Of a stretch of DNA of 64,000 nucleotides, positions 10,534 to 22,455 are shown piece by piece. The position numbers were made by a program, and so were the translations under genes. The notes under the pieces were generated by a model that was not told where the DNA came from, did not search any database, and saw nothing but the letters and a program-made list of their open reading frames with translations. How positions within the stretch are numbered: position 1 is the stretch's first letter; each line of letters starts with the position of its first letter. The DNA is from Mobula hypostoma (lineage: Eukaryota): assembly GCF_963921235.1 (NCBI RefSeq), contig NC_086120.1:8122001-8186000 (forward strand). The letters are read 5' to 3'.

Positions 10534-11489
10534 GATGTTCAGTGCAGGAATGATTTCCGTGTGTGAGTCTTGTTCTCTTGTGTGCGCTTCCCATTCTCAT
10601 CCGGGTGGGAGGAGGGAAGTAACTCGCGCGGGCGAGACGGCACTGACCAATGTCGCCCGGGAGTTCAAATAAGGTGAAAAATCCTGCAGTCTTGCAGTTG
10701 TTGGCGGAGGGAAAGTGGGGCGGTGGAGAGGGAGGAAGAGGCAGAGAGACAGACAAACAGACAGACCTGGGGTGGGCAGAATTGATGAGGTGAGAAAAAG
10801 AGACCCATAAGCGAAGAAGTGCATGAGGTGGGAGTATGATCTTGAACCGCAGGCGTCAAGCACACTGTGCAAATGTTTAAATCGTTGCTGCCGTGGCGGG
10901 GTTTTGATGGAATCTATCTGCCGTGTCTGAGCAGGCTGGTTTCTTCCTAATATGGGCAGCTAGTTTCACCAGAAAGCTCTCCTTTTGACCCTGTGCTGAA
11001 AAGATGTTCCTGTGGCTGAGCTAAAATGCACCGACTTTCCACTCCTGTAACGCCTCCATGGAAGCTCCCAGACAGGTCAGGGAAAGGAGGATTGGGCGTG
11101 GTGCCAATTGCTGTCAGCGGCCTATGCGCCAGTAAGTTTCCACTTCAGTAGGCCGGCTTTCCCGGGGCGTACAGGGTTGGAAACTTCCGTAAACCAGGTA
11201 TCGTGTTTCCTAATACGGCAATCTCCATATATAATCGGTGGTGTGAGGTCGGGGAGGGAGGGTGGCACTGGGACGGGAGGTTCGATAGTTTCCGTACATC
11301 CACCCACAGGCATGCTACATATTGACACCCTCCGAGTCCTCACTTATTGTTTCTACAATGTACCACTTCCGCTTTATAATTGAGATTTGCCGTTCCCTCG
11401 ACGTTTTGTTAGCGGAGACCTTCGTGAGCACCCACGTCATCATCTGGAGGTCGGGTTTCATAACGCCCTCGATAACAGAGGAATATGTT

Positions 11490-11930
11490 TATTTGATCCA
11501 TATACACAAATGCGGGAGGAACTCCAGCAGGCCAGACAGCATGAATATGAAAAAGAATTATCAGTCGATGTTTCCGGCCGGACACTTCATCAGGACTGGA
11601 AAGGAAGGGGGAAAACATCAGAATATAAAGATGGTGGGGATTGAGGGTAAAGAAAGGTATTAACCCGTACATACACGACTCCACTGAGAAGACCAACGTC
11701 AATCTATCTCAGCCGAAATGTACTCAGTGCGGTAGTCTCCATATAGGGTGGAGAATACCAATGATTCAGCCCCTGAGAATGAAAAACCTTCCCCAGCTCC
11801 GACATTACTAATTACTCTGAAACTGTGTCCCTCAGGAGGAAATTTAACCCAGATCTTGTCAGCATCTGTCCTCTCCTGCTCCTATATTATCTGCTCTTTT
11901 AAAATATCCAAGTTCCTTGCTTCCAGCACG
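11490..11930 (-). mobile_element. Decayed Penelope-like fragments
   Basis: cagcaggccagacagcat...gtcgatgtttccggccgga...catcaggactgg (pLTR) and gtctccatatag (reverse of YxGET). Confidence 0.55.
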
Positions 11931-11934
11931 AAGT

Positions 11935-13330
11935 CAACGGATCCAGGGAAGTTTGGCCAGGTGGATTCAGAGTTGTCTTGCCTGCAGAAGGCAGAGGGTG
12001 GTGGTGGAGTGGGTACATTCGGATTGGAGGGTTGTGACTAGTGGTGTCCCTCAAGGATCTGTTCTGGGACCTCTACTTTTTGTGATTTTTAATAACGACC
12101 TGGATGGTGGGGGAAGGGCGGGGGGTTGGGGGTGGAAATGAGGGTTAGCAAGTTTGCAGATGGCACAAAGGTTGGTGGTGTTGTAGATAGTGTAGATGAT
12201 TGTCGAAGATTGCAGAGAGACATTGATAGGATGCAGAAGTGGGCTGAGAAGAGGCAGATGGAGTTAAACCCGGAGAAGTGTGAGGTGGTACACTTTGGAA
12301 GGACAAACTCCAAGGCAGATTACAAAGTAAATGGCAGGATACTTGGTAGTGTGGAGGAGCAGAAGGATCTGGAGGTACATTCAGAACAGAAATGCGAAGA
12401 AAGTTTTTTAGTCAGAGGGTGGTGAATCTATGGAATTTGTTGCCACGGGCAGCAGTGGAGGCCAAGTCATTGGGTGTATTTAAGGCAGAGATTGATAGGC
12501 ATCAGAGTAGCCAGAGCATCAAAGGTTATGGTGAGAGGGCGGGGGAGTGGGACTAAATGGAAGAATGGATCAGCTCATGATAAAATGGCGGAGCAGACTC
12601 GATGGGCCGAATGGCCGACTTCTGCTCCTTTGTCTTTCGGTCTTTCGGTCTTATGTCCACAGATCCCTGAAAGTGGCCTAACAGGTAGATAGGGTAGTTA
12701 AGAATGCTTATTGGGGTGTTAGCTTTCATCAGTCGAGGGATAGAGTTTAGGAGTCGCGAGGTAATGATGCAGCTCTATAAAACTCTGGCTGGGCCACACT
12801 TGGAGTACTGTGTCCAGTTCTGGTTGCCTCACTATAGGAAGGATGTGGAAGCATTGGAAAGGGTACAGAGGAGATTTACCAGGATGCTGCCTGGTTTAGA
12901 GTGTATGCATTATGATCAGAGATTAAGGGATCTAGGGCCTTACTCTTTGGAGAGAAGGAGGATGAGAGGAGACGTGATAGAGGTATACAAGGTATTAAGA
13001 GGAATAGACAGAGTGGATAGCCAGTGCCTCTTCCCCAGGGCACCACTGCTCAATACAAGAGGACATGGCTTTAAGGTAAGGGGTGGGAAGTTCAAGGGGG
13101 ATATTAGAGGAAGGTTTTTTAGTCAGAGAGTGGTTGGTGCGTGGAATGCACTGCCTGAGTCAGTGGTGGAGGCAGATACACTAGTGAAGTTTAAGAGACT
13201 GCAAGAGAGGTATATGGAGGAATTCAAATTGGGGGATTATATGGGTGGCAGGGTTTGAGTGTCAGCACAACATTGTGGGCCAAATAGCCTGTACTGTGCC
13301 GTACTATTCTATGTTTTACTATGTTCTATG
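11935..13330 (+). mobile_element. 5'-truncated CR1 (RT and 3' UTR) with a second CR1 3' tail nested at about 12381-12648
   Basis: [41 protein letters not shown]. The host reading is interrupted between ggtacat and gtccacagatcc. Confidence 0.9.
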
Positions 13331-14049
13331 TTTCATACTGGAATCTTAAATGTAGGTTTTCTTTAATATTTGCGTGGATTTCACGAAACGTTTCCAACAT
13401 ATATATATATACACACACGCTGGAAAAATGCAAGTTTTCCCCCAGCACCACGGTAATATGGCAACAACTGAATAGTGAGAAAAGACCTGGCACCAATGGC
13501 AGCCTTTGGTGACATATGTTGTGGCTCCAGTCCGTCGACGTAAACACAATGTTGCCAGTTGAGTGGTGAGCTCCCATCCATGAAGGTAAATAGGAACTGT
13601 GATGTTGGTCACCTCTGGGTCATGGTGCATTTTCTAGGAGACAGAGCTCCAGGAAACAATCCCACTTTACCAGAGCTCTTTATATTTAGCAAGGAGAGAA
13701 GTGCTGTCAGTACCGGTCATTCAGTGGGAATTCACCATTTGAATATCATGCACATTACACCAGAATCTTACTGGTCACTCTCCACCTCGTCTGTACTGAC
13801 CACATTACAATTCACACAAAACTTGGTGGCAATATGTTAGGGTAAAAGCTGATAAACTACCCACTAGCATATTCAGTGACACAGCAGAAGCAGCAGCTGC
13901 TGGAAATATTGAACAACTCACATAACACCACACCTCCAGAGACATTTATTGACATTTTTAAATGTCCACCAAGTTTCAGTTACCTTGAACAGAAGTTTTC
14001 TTATCCTTATACATGCAAAATTGCTATTTCATTTTCTCTGTTCCTATAT

Positions 14050-15055
14050 CCATGCCATGCATGTTCTATTCTGGAACACGTGAGATGTCTTCTTTTATTT
14101 ATATAAAAACAAGGGTTCTCTTTTATCTTTGATGCTGCCCTCACTCACATCTCCTCCATTTCCCACACATCTGCCCTTATCCCATCTTATCGTCATTGTA
14201 ACAGGGATAGATCATTCCTTACCACTGCATTAGCCTCAATATCCAGCATATAATTCTTCACAAATCTGGCATCTCGTTCGAGATCCCATCACCAGATTCA
14301 TCTCACTCATTTCCATAAAGATTGCTCCTACATTATTCTCTTGTCCAGTCATCGCTCCCCACTAGTCTTCCACTTGGCACTTATCCCTGCCACTGTCACG
14401 TCTACCCCACCATCATCATCATTCTGGGCCTCAAGCAGTCCTTCAAAGTGAGGCAATGCTTCACCTACAAGTCTGCATGGATCATCCACTGTATTGGTGC
14501 TCTCGATGGGGCCTTCTCTATATTGGCGAGAAATACGCTGCGGGCTGCTTCGTCAGTCATCTTCACTCTACTCTCTTGAAAAGCCAGGATCTCTCTGTAG
14601 CCATCTATTCGAAACCAGCTTCTCTACTGCTATGATGATTCTTGCTATCAAGCGGAGGAGCAACGCTTCATATTCCGTCTGGAAAGCCTCCAACATGATA
14701 GCATGAATATCAATTTCGCCAACTTCCAGTAGTTTTCAACCCTTCCTTTTCCCTCCCGTTCTCTTTTTGCCGTTCCTGCTTAGATTACATTCTCACTTTT
14801 TTTTATCTTCACCTTCTCCGCCTCATGACCACCATCTCTTTCTGTGATCCCCCCACCCCATCCCGCTCTTTGTTCCTTGGTTCTCTGTTATCTCCTATTA
14901 TATTTCTATTTTTCAGCCATTTGCCTATTCCACCTATCAACTCGTAGCTTCTTGTATCATCTACCCATCGACTAACCACCTCACCTGGTTTCACTTATCA
15001 CCTGCCGGCCTGTACTCCCCACAACCTGCCCACCCCAATTTTCTTATTCTGGCTA
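14050..15055 (+). mobile_element. Decayed Penelope-like 3' half (GIY-YIG region + UTR)
   Basis: cagtccttcaaagtgaggcaatgcttcacc, tatattggcgaga, ggaggagcaac; paralogous to 24960-25980. Confidence 0.75.
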
Positions 15056-15998
15056 CTAGAATAAGCGGCCAGTAACACAAACAGTTTATTTCCCTGTGTA
15101 CATACCGCTTGAGTCAGGACAGCATGCCAGGATGACGGAATATCAATAGACCACTTCACAGTAGCTAAAAAAAAATGTGAACCTGGAGGTTCATAAAGAC
15201 ATGAAGTGTGAGTTTATTTAAATAAGACATCTTTTGAAAAAGAAGCGTACTAATTATTTTGTGTATGATCACAGGAAGCATAAAATATGCGTCATTTATA
15301 CAGTCGTTTCCCTCTCAGATGGACCTGTAAAACACGAGGTAAACATCTGACAGCTGAATATACAGAACAACACAACATATACAACTGGAAATCGCACACT
15401 TTCTCGACACTACTTCCTGGAAGTTCAAATGGAATTGGACCAAAATCTTTACATGAAAGAAATTTATCTTTCGGGTTAGCAACAGTAAGTTTTGCTGCCG
15501 TTCCATTCAGCACCTTCTTTAGATCCAACAATTGACCCCAGGACACGGCTACACTGTGGTTTCGACACACCGTGATGTCTGACCCAAAATCTGGCTTCAT
15601 GACAGTTGTTCAAGGAAAAAGCTCCGATTTAACCTTTAGCGCTCATTAAATGATACAGAAAACAGCTTCCAATAACAGCTAAACTCTTATATATCACTGT
15701 ATGGAATAACTTAATATTTCTCACTTTTCACAACCTGTCCAGAGTTAAACCATGCAGTTTTATTCTTTGCGTGGTCCAACTTTCCCTCGTTCCCTGAGGA
15801 GTTCAGCACCATCAGCTCCATTGACCAGTGATGACTCTTCCCTGGGGCTTCTCCCATAAGTATTTCCTCCGTGTTGCAGTTACCCACTTGTCTGATATAC
15901 AATCAAAAGGAGTTTCACATGCGTGTATTTGTTGACTCGGTTCAGCGGGTAACCCCCAGATTTAGGTTCAGCGCGACTGGTGGGGGTCCCACCCTCTA

Positions 15999-16265
15999 AG
16001 CTATGTTGTTAACTGGTGCAAGCAAACACTGGGAACAACCCCACAATGGATCCTGTACTACTATCACTTGTACAGCGCGTCGGCCTACGCGTCTGGGTTT
16101 AGCAGCGACCGTTTCACGTCGACAGTCAACAGCGCCGGTACCGTTTACCAGTTAATCATAAAAAAAGCGTGGAGATGAATGACGCTGCCGTCTATTACTG
16201 CGGAAAGCGGGATTCATCGGACAATTATTACTTGTTCGGTGCATGGACCAAACTCTTTGTTACAG
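15999..16265 (+). pseudogene. IgL pre-joined V-J pseudogene (copy 2)
   Basis: SYVVNWCKQTLGTTPQWILYYYHLYSASAYASGFSSDRFTSTVNSAGTVYQLIIK, then a +2 frameshift near 16166, then AAVYYCGKRDSSDNYYLFGAWTKLFVT|GTAAGT. FGxG has become FGAW; no alignable leader or FR1. Confidence 0.93.
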
Positions 16266-17453
16266 GTAAGTGACAGGGAAATCCTTCCTGTAATTAGTAG
16301 CTGCCTGAATACGGTCACCTGACATTTGATGATATTTACATTATTATTTCTTGGCTAATTTAAAATGAAAACACAGATTTACGAACCAATCCGTGGTATG
16401 TATCGAGTGTATACAGAGATGTGTTCAGTGAGGATGGAGTTGTGTTGTGAACTATTATCGTCTTTAAACAAAAACAACTCTTTTCGGTTGTGTTTTCTCT
16501 CTGGTGCCGTATGTTGTGTCCCAGGCATCTGCACTTTAATATTTCCTTTCTGAAATTGACCGCCCAACTCTCTGCGCGGCTGCAGTCCCAGTAGTCTGGC
16601 CGCTTTTGCTCTGGTTTGTCAGAAGCCTGCGTGAGGAGTTCCAGATTCCCAAAATGCGGCGCAGGTATCACTTTGTCATGTTGTAGCCAAGGTATCACTG
16701 TGGACTTGATGTAGCCCAGCGTTGTCAAGACAACAGAAAGACAAGTTTCATGTTGTTGTATGAGGATGCTCCAGTGAAAGCTCCGTCGTACTTTCACTGA
16801 GCTTCCATTTCTCGGCGTCTGTTGAAACACTCTTGGACACACCCAACCAATTATCTAGTCCTCGCCTCCTCTGTCCTGCCATTTTTTCACGAGCGCTGCT
16901 CGTTTTGAGGTACAGACCCTCGGTGATTTCGGTCGATGCACCGAGTAAGGCGGAGTTTCGGGTGTGTGGAGAAATCCACCTTCCTTCTACATCGTCACAG
17001 ATCACAGGGTGACTTTCCTAAACCAGCTCTTTGAAACTCAGGACCGCGCAGGTTTCGCCGTACGCATTCGGTAAACGCAGGCTATGAGATGTTTTCTTGT
17101 TACAGCTGTGGGTGTCACAGGTAGAAAGGGGCTCATTAGTGATGAGTGGATGGGTATGTGTCACTGGTAACACAGGTCCGAGTAGATCCCGAGAGCTGAG
17201 GTGGTCACTTGCGGGCGATGCTGTAATCCAGCGACTGAACAGGAAGATCCTCAAACATGGATTGACCGCAAAGGTCCAGTCTTTCAGTGTTGACTAAAAT
17301 GCACTGCCCTCCGTGAGCACTGACCTGTTCCATAGTGAAACCCTGGGCCCCATTATGGGAAGACGAAACCTTTCATTCGTGCTTCCATCCAGTTGTAAAA
17401 TGTCGATAGATCATCCTTGATCAGAAACATGTCTCCTCGTGCTCCCAATCCAG

Positions 17454-17774
17454 ATCAGCAGCTCCCGGACTTTTTAATAAAGCTGCTTGAGCCGTCTGCC
17501 GAGGAGATCTCCGCTAAAGGAACCGGCACCTTAGTTTGCCTGGTCAGTGAACTGTCGGTGGGTTCCCTGTCGTCAGCTGGACAGTGGACGGGAGTCCGAT
17601 CAGCCGTGAGATGAGAACCAGCGCAGTGAGGCGGGACACGGACAGCACTTTCATTCTCAGCAGTTACCTGACGTTTCCCGGCACAGACTGGAGCAGTAGC
17701 AAAATATACTCCTGCGTGGTTGAACTAGGAGCAGCCTCGGCAATATCCGCACAGACGGACAATCCGACTGTTAA
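17454..17774 (+). pseudogene. IgL C exon pseudogene (copy 2)
   Basis: Acceptor gctcccaatccAG; aligns with 9859-10181 with 1-nt deletions near 17562 and 17748, which split it into ORFs 17417.. and 17584.. Confidence 0.93.
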
Positions 17775-18883
17775 ACAGAACGCGGTTTCGTATTTGTTTG
17801 CTCCGAACTGCAGGAGTTAACTTTTTTTCTTGCATTTTTCACCCTCTACCACTCTCTTCACTGCACACTAAACTCTGATCAGCTCTCTGTGGTTACCATT
17901 GTGTTGTTAGATTATTTGCACCCGAGGCTGATTTTGTTTCGTTTCACCCACCGGGAAGCTACGTGGGGTAAAAGTGGTCTGTTACTTGTCAGCATTAGAA
18001 ATATCAACGAGTGAATTGTTTCTCTGTTTCCAGGGATGGATCTAATTGAAGTTCTTAATGAGTCTATTGATGATTTCTCAGCAGTATCAGACTGACAGGT
18101 GGCAACCGCCATAAACTACTAATAATGGTGTTCAGTGCAGGAATGTTTTCCATGTGTGAGGTTTTTTTTCTCTTTTATGCGGTTCCCGTTCTCATTTGGG
18201 TGGGTGGAGGGAGGAGACTCGCGCGGGTTGAACGGCACCGAACAATGTCGTCCGTGAGTTCAAAGAAGGTGAGAAATCCTACAGTCTTGCCGTTGGTGGA
18301 GAAAGGAATGAGAGGGGAGTGGACAGAGGAAGAGAGTGAGAACACCGACAGAAAAACAGACAGCCCCGGGGGTGGCCGGAATTGTTGAGGTGAGAAAAAG
18401 AGACTTCTAAGCGAACAGGGAAGGAGGTCGGAGTGGGAAAAGATGGCTCCCTCTCGATGTCCTTACACCTATTTCCAACTCCAGCACTAGCCGTGACCCA
18501 GCATAAGAAAAGATCCCAACGTACAAAATATTCCCTTATTTAATACCCTTTAAGTCTCCTTGCCCGATTCATTTCTCGTGGGACAGTACCAGGCTGCTGA
18601 ATCATTTTGTCTTCACAGCCAAAGGGCGATTTCACCATTATCTACTCTTGGGGATGTAGAATATTACTCACACTCATTTCTCCAAATATTGTTGTGGACA
18701 AGCCCCTTTGTCCTTTCTCAAATGATTCCCACATTCCAGAGTAAAATCTTACAAACCCCCACTGTGTGTTACACATTAAGTGTAGACTAACAAGGAATCA
18801 ATTTTAACTTTTTCCTTACACTCCACCCGTTGATTCCTCTTTGGTAGATTATACAAGAGCAAAATACAGACCAAATACAGGTA

Positions 18884-19704
18884 AACAACAGGAATTCTGC
18901 AGATGCTGGAAATTCAAGCAACATACATCAAAGTTGCTGGTGAACGCAGCAGGCCAAGCAGCATCTATAGGAAGAGGCGCAGTCGACGTTTCAGGCCGAG
19001 ACCCTTCGTCAGGACTAACTGAAGGAAGAGTGAGTAAGGGATTTGAAAGCTGGAGGGGGAGGGGGAGATGCAAAATGATAGGAGAAGACAGGAGGGGGAG
19101 GGATAGAGCCGAGAGCTGGACAGGTGATAGGCAAAAGGGGATACGAGAGGATCATGGGACAGGAGGCCTAGGGAGAAAGACGGGGGTGGGGGGTTGACCC
19201 AGAGGATGGGCAAGAGGTATATTCAGAGGGACAGAGGGAGAAAAAGGAGAGTGAGAGAAAGAATGTGTGCATAAAAATGAGTTAACATTGACTTCTCTAA
19301 CTTCCGCTAGGCCCCACCTCCCCCTCGTACCCCAGCTGTTACTCATTTTTATGCACACATTCTTTCTCTCACTCTCCTTTTTCTCCCTCTGTCCCTCTGA
19401 ATATACCTCTTGCCCATCCTCTGGGTCAAACCCCCCCCCCCGTCTTTCTCCCTAGGCCTCCTGTCCCATGATCCTCTCGTATCCCCTTTTGCCTATCACC
19501 TGTCCAGCTCTCGGCTCTATCCCTCCCCCTCCTGTCTTCTCCTATCATTTTGCATCTCCCCCTCCCCCTCCAGCTTTCAAATCCCTTACTCACTCTTCCT
19601 TGAGTTAGTCCTGACGAAGGGTCTCGGCCTGAAACGTCGACTGCGCCTCTTCCTATAGATGCTGCTTGGCCTGCTGCGTTCACCAGCAACTTTGATGTAT
19701 GTTG
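18884..19704. mobile_element. Penelope-derived palindrome (two pLTR/3' UTR copies with 3' ends facing outward) with a 13-bp TSD
   Basis: Arms 18919-19287 and 19337-19704 are near-perfect reverse complements. The spacer encodes the Penelope ORF end NIDFSNFR*. CCAAATACAGGTA at 18871-18883 and 19705-19717. Confidence 0.9.
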
Positions 19705-19721
19705 CCAAATACAGGTAGTAC

Positions 19722-20568
19722 TGTTACGTACCCCGTAACTGGGTTGCCAAACCAGCAGAAATGGATCACTCAGTTGGAGTCTGGATTACTAGAACTAAGA
19801 AAGTTTTATTAAAGAAACAAGCAACACAGTAATCGAAAGGATAATAAATGCAACAGTTCAGCAATGATAAACACACATGTGCACAGAATTAAGATAACAG
19901 CATCAATCAAGCTCTATCGTTGTCTAGGGATAAATGACCAATTTCAAAGTGCCACAAAATTCAGTCCAATTTAGTAGTTCAGTTCGCAGTAATCGTTACC
20001 ATGGCGATGGACCACATGGGGGGAGAGAGAGAGAGAACGGGAACGACTGATCATTCAGAAACGGCTTCCACTCACAGACCGGCGATAATTGCTCACAAGC
20101 AGCTTTCGGGTAGGTCCTTGGTGATGTCACCTGAGGTCACCGACTGTGACCCCTCCTCCAGATGCGGTCGATCCTCTGCAGTGAACCCAGCACCCAAGCA
20201 AGGGCAGACACAGACCGGGTTCCCGCTGATCGTACCTTTCCACCCTGTGCGTTGTGCGGTACTTCCCACCGACTCGTGAGAGGCGCACCGCTTCCAGGGT
20301 CTCGTTACCTCGGGTGTCATGTGTGTCCTGCCTTAGCGAACCTGTCCCTTTTTACCCCCCTGCTGGGGTATCGCCTGTCCATCACTTCAAACAGTTCAGG
20401 GTTCAAAGGGGGAGCCGCTCCAGACAGCTCTCTCTCTCCCGTCCCTTCATTACACATCTCCAGATGCTGTTTCATTGTGTTCCTTATCTTTCTCTTGAAG
20501 ACAGGTGGCAGACCAACTGCTGATCACACAGGACAGCTAACATCTTATCTATGTATATTCTCGTCACA
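19722..20568 (-). mobile_element. Solo LTR (847 bp), 4-bp TSD GTAC
   Basis: TGTTACG...CGTCACA termini; GTAC at 19718-19721 and 20569-20572; reverse complement of 37437-38296. Confidence 0.9.
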
Positions 20569-22455
20569 GTACTTATAATATAATCGTTGAAGCAGTAGAA
20601 TTATCATAATAGACTTCATAAAGGCAGTCGGCTAAATTAGCTGCAGAACAAGCACAACAAGTAGTGCGACTGTAGCAACTTATGATGGGAGGCTAAGCCA
20701 AAAGTGCATTTGAAAGTTTGTTCCTTAGCTTCCACGAGCGTGTCAGGGCAAGAGGTGTTATCACATTAGAGAATGTCTTCTCCCGCGTGTCCTTTCCAAT
20801 CATCCAGACGGTACTCTCTATATCTCGATTATAGGAAGACCTATACTGTATTGCTGATGGCAATAGTTCTAGCACTTTCAGTCTACCTAAAGCAGAACAA
20901 TGCACCGTTATTATCAGTTTTTCAGAGTTTTAAAATTATTCCATTTTTTATTCCTCCTGTTTAAACACATCAGGTATTCTTTCTCTTGCACTCGTACGAA
21001 GTATTTATCATCATTTCCGTTTCCCACCATCTCCCCCTTGCAAAGTCATTAAGTTGGAATATGCTCACATACTTTCCCTCCCGCACATCTGCTCCGTCAC
21101 TTCCACACAGGGTCCTGGGTCCCACCCTCCGTACCTTTCTCCCATTGTCCGCTCTTCTCTCCTGTCAGATTCTTTTTTCCCTATTGCTTGACCTTTCCCA
21201 TCCGCCTGGTTTCAGCTATCACTTTCCAGCTAGACTCCTTTCCCTCCCCCACCCCCACCCCTTAATTCAGGCATCTCGCTCCTTCTCTGTCAATGCTGAA
21301 AAAAGTCTCGGTCCGATTTTTATCATGTTTCCACTTTCCCTCCCCTCTGTATTAGGCCCTTTGGCGCCCGCATCTTCCTTCTGTTCTGAAGTATATTTGT
21401 GATCTTGGGGTAAGGACCCGTTGTTCAGGTTGTAGAAGGCTTGCGATAGTGTTATCAGCAAGGAATGGGTTCACGTTAATTGGCGAAGAGTCCATTCATT
21501 CTTTTAATGCCTGGGAGTAATAGGATGTGTGAAACACCCAATGAATGCCATTGCTGGCAGACCAGTCTTCCAGTGCTTGCCCTGAAAAATGAGACCAATT
21601 GAACGATTGTATTTCTTGCGGGTTCCCATAACAAATGATTAACTTCTGTAATCCATTCGGAGTGGGATCTGATCCGCCAATATACATGGAATTGCTATTA
21701 TAATACTAAAATAGGCGACAACCATACTGTGCAAATATTCAAAGAGTAGCTGCCGTGGAGTGGTCCTGCTGGAATCAATCTGCCATATATGGACAGGCCA
21801 TTCTCTTTCCTAATATGGGCAGCTGGTTTCTCCGGAAGGCTTTGCCTTTTGAGCGATTCCTGTAAAGATGTTCCTGCTGAGTGAAATGCACCAACATTCA
21901 ACTCCGGGAACTCCACCGTGGAAGTCCCAAACAGGGCTGGGAAAGAAGGAAGATTGGACATGGAGTTACAACCACTTTCCGGAAGAAAATAACAGAGCTG
22001 TAGAAACGCCTACGGAAGCTCCAAAGACCCTATCCCCGGGGAGAGGAAGGATCTTCCAAGATGCGCTACTACTTGAAAGACGGGCCCAGGATAAAGGACT
22101 CTGTCAGTGGCCTTCGCCTCAGCAGGGCTCTATTAAATTTCCACAGCTGTAAGTCGGCATTCCCGGGGTGTACAGGGATGGACACACACGTAAACTAGGT
22201 GTGTTTTTTCTTAATCTGGCAACGCCCCTGTAATTTCTGTGTTCCCTGAAGTCAATATGTTCAGCACGGCAACAGCTAACGCAGGATTCTGTTTATTCAG
22301 TGAATACACGCAAAAACTGGAGGACGTCCAGCAGGCCAGATGGCATGAATATGAAAACGAATAAGCAGTCGATGTTTCGGGGCGACACCCTTCACCAGGA
22401 CGGGAATGGAATAGATGTGGTGGGGAGGGAGGAGAAGGACAGGTGTGTCCCATGT

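Larger units (their letters stand above)
18439..21656. other. Unclassified 3.2-kb insertion flanked by an 11-bp direct repeat, containing nested Penelope and LTR insertions
   Basis: TCGGAGTGGGA at 18428-18438 and 21657-21667; the paralogous site near 10830 has no insert. Confidence 0.6.

Noticed and set aside
15292-15600. Minus ORF with GTAAKLTV resembling a J segment
   Set aside because: It lacks FGxG, a proper RSS and a splice donor.
15831-15935. 34-codon ORF ending GVSHACIC as an intronless leader for copy 2
   Set aside because: It is not in frame with V, is not a convincing signal peptide, and has no promoter.
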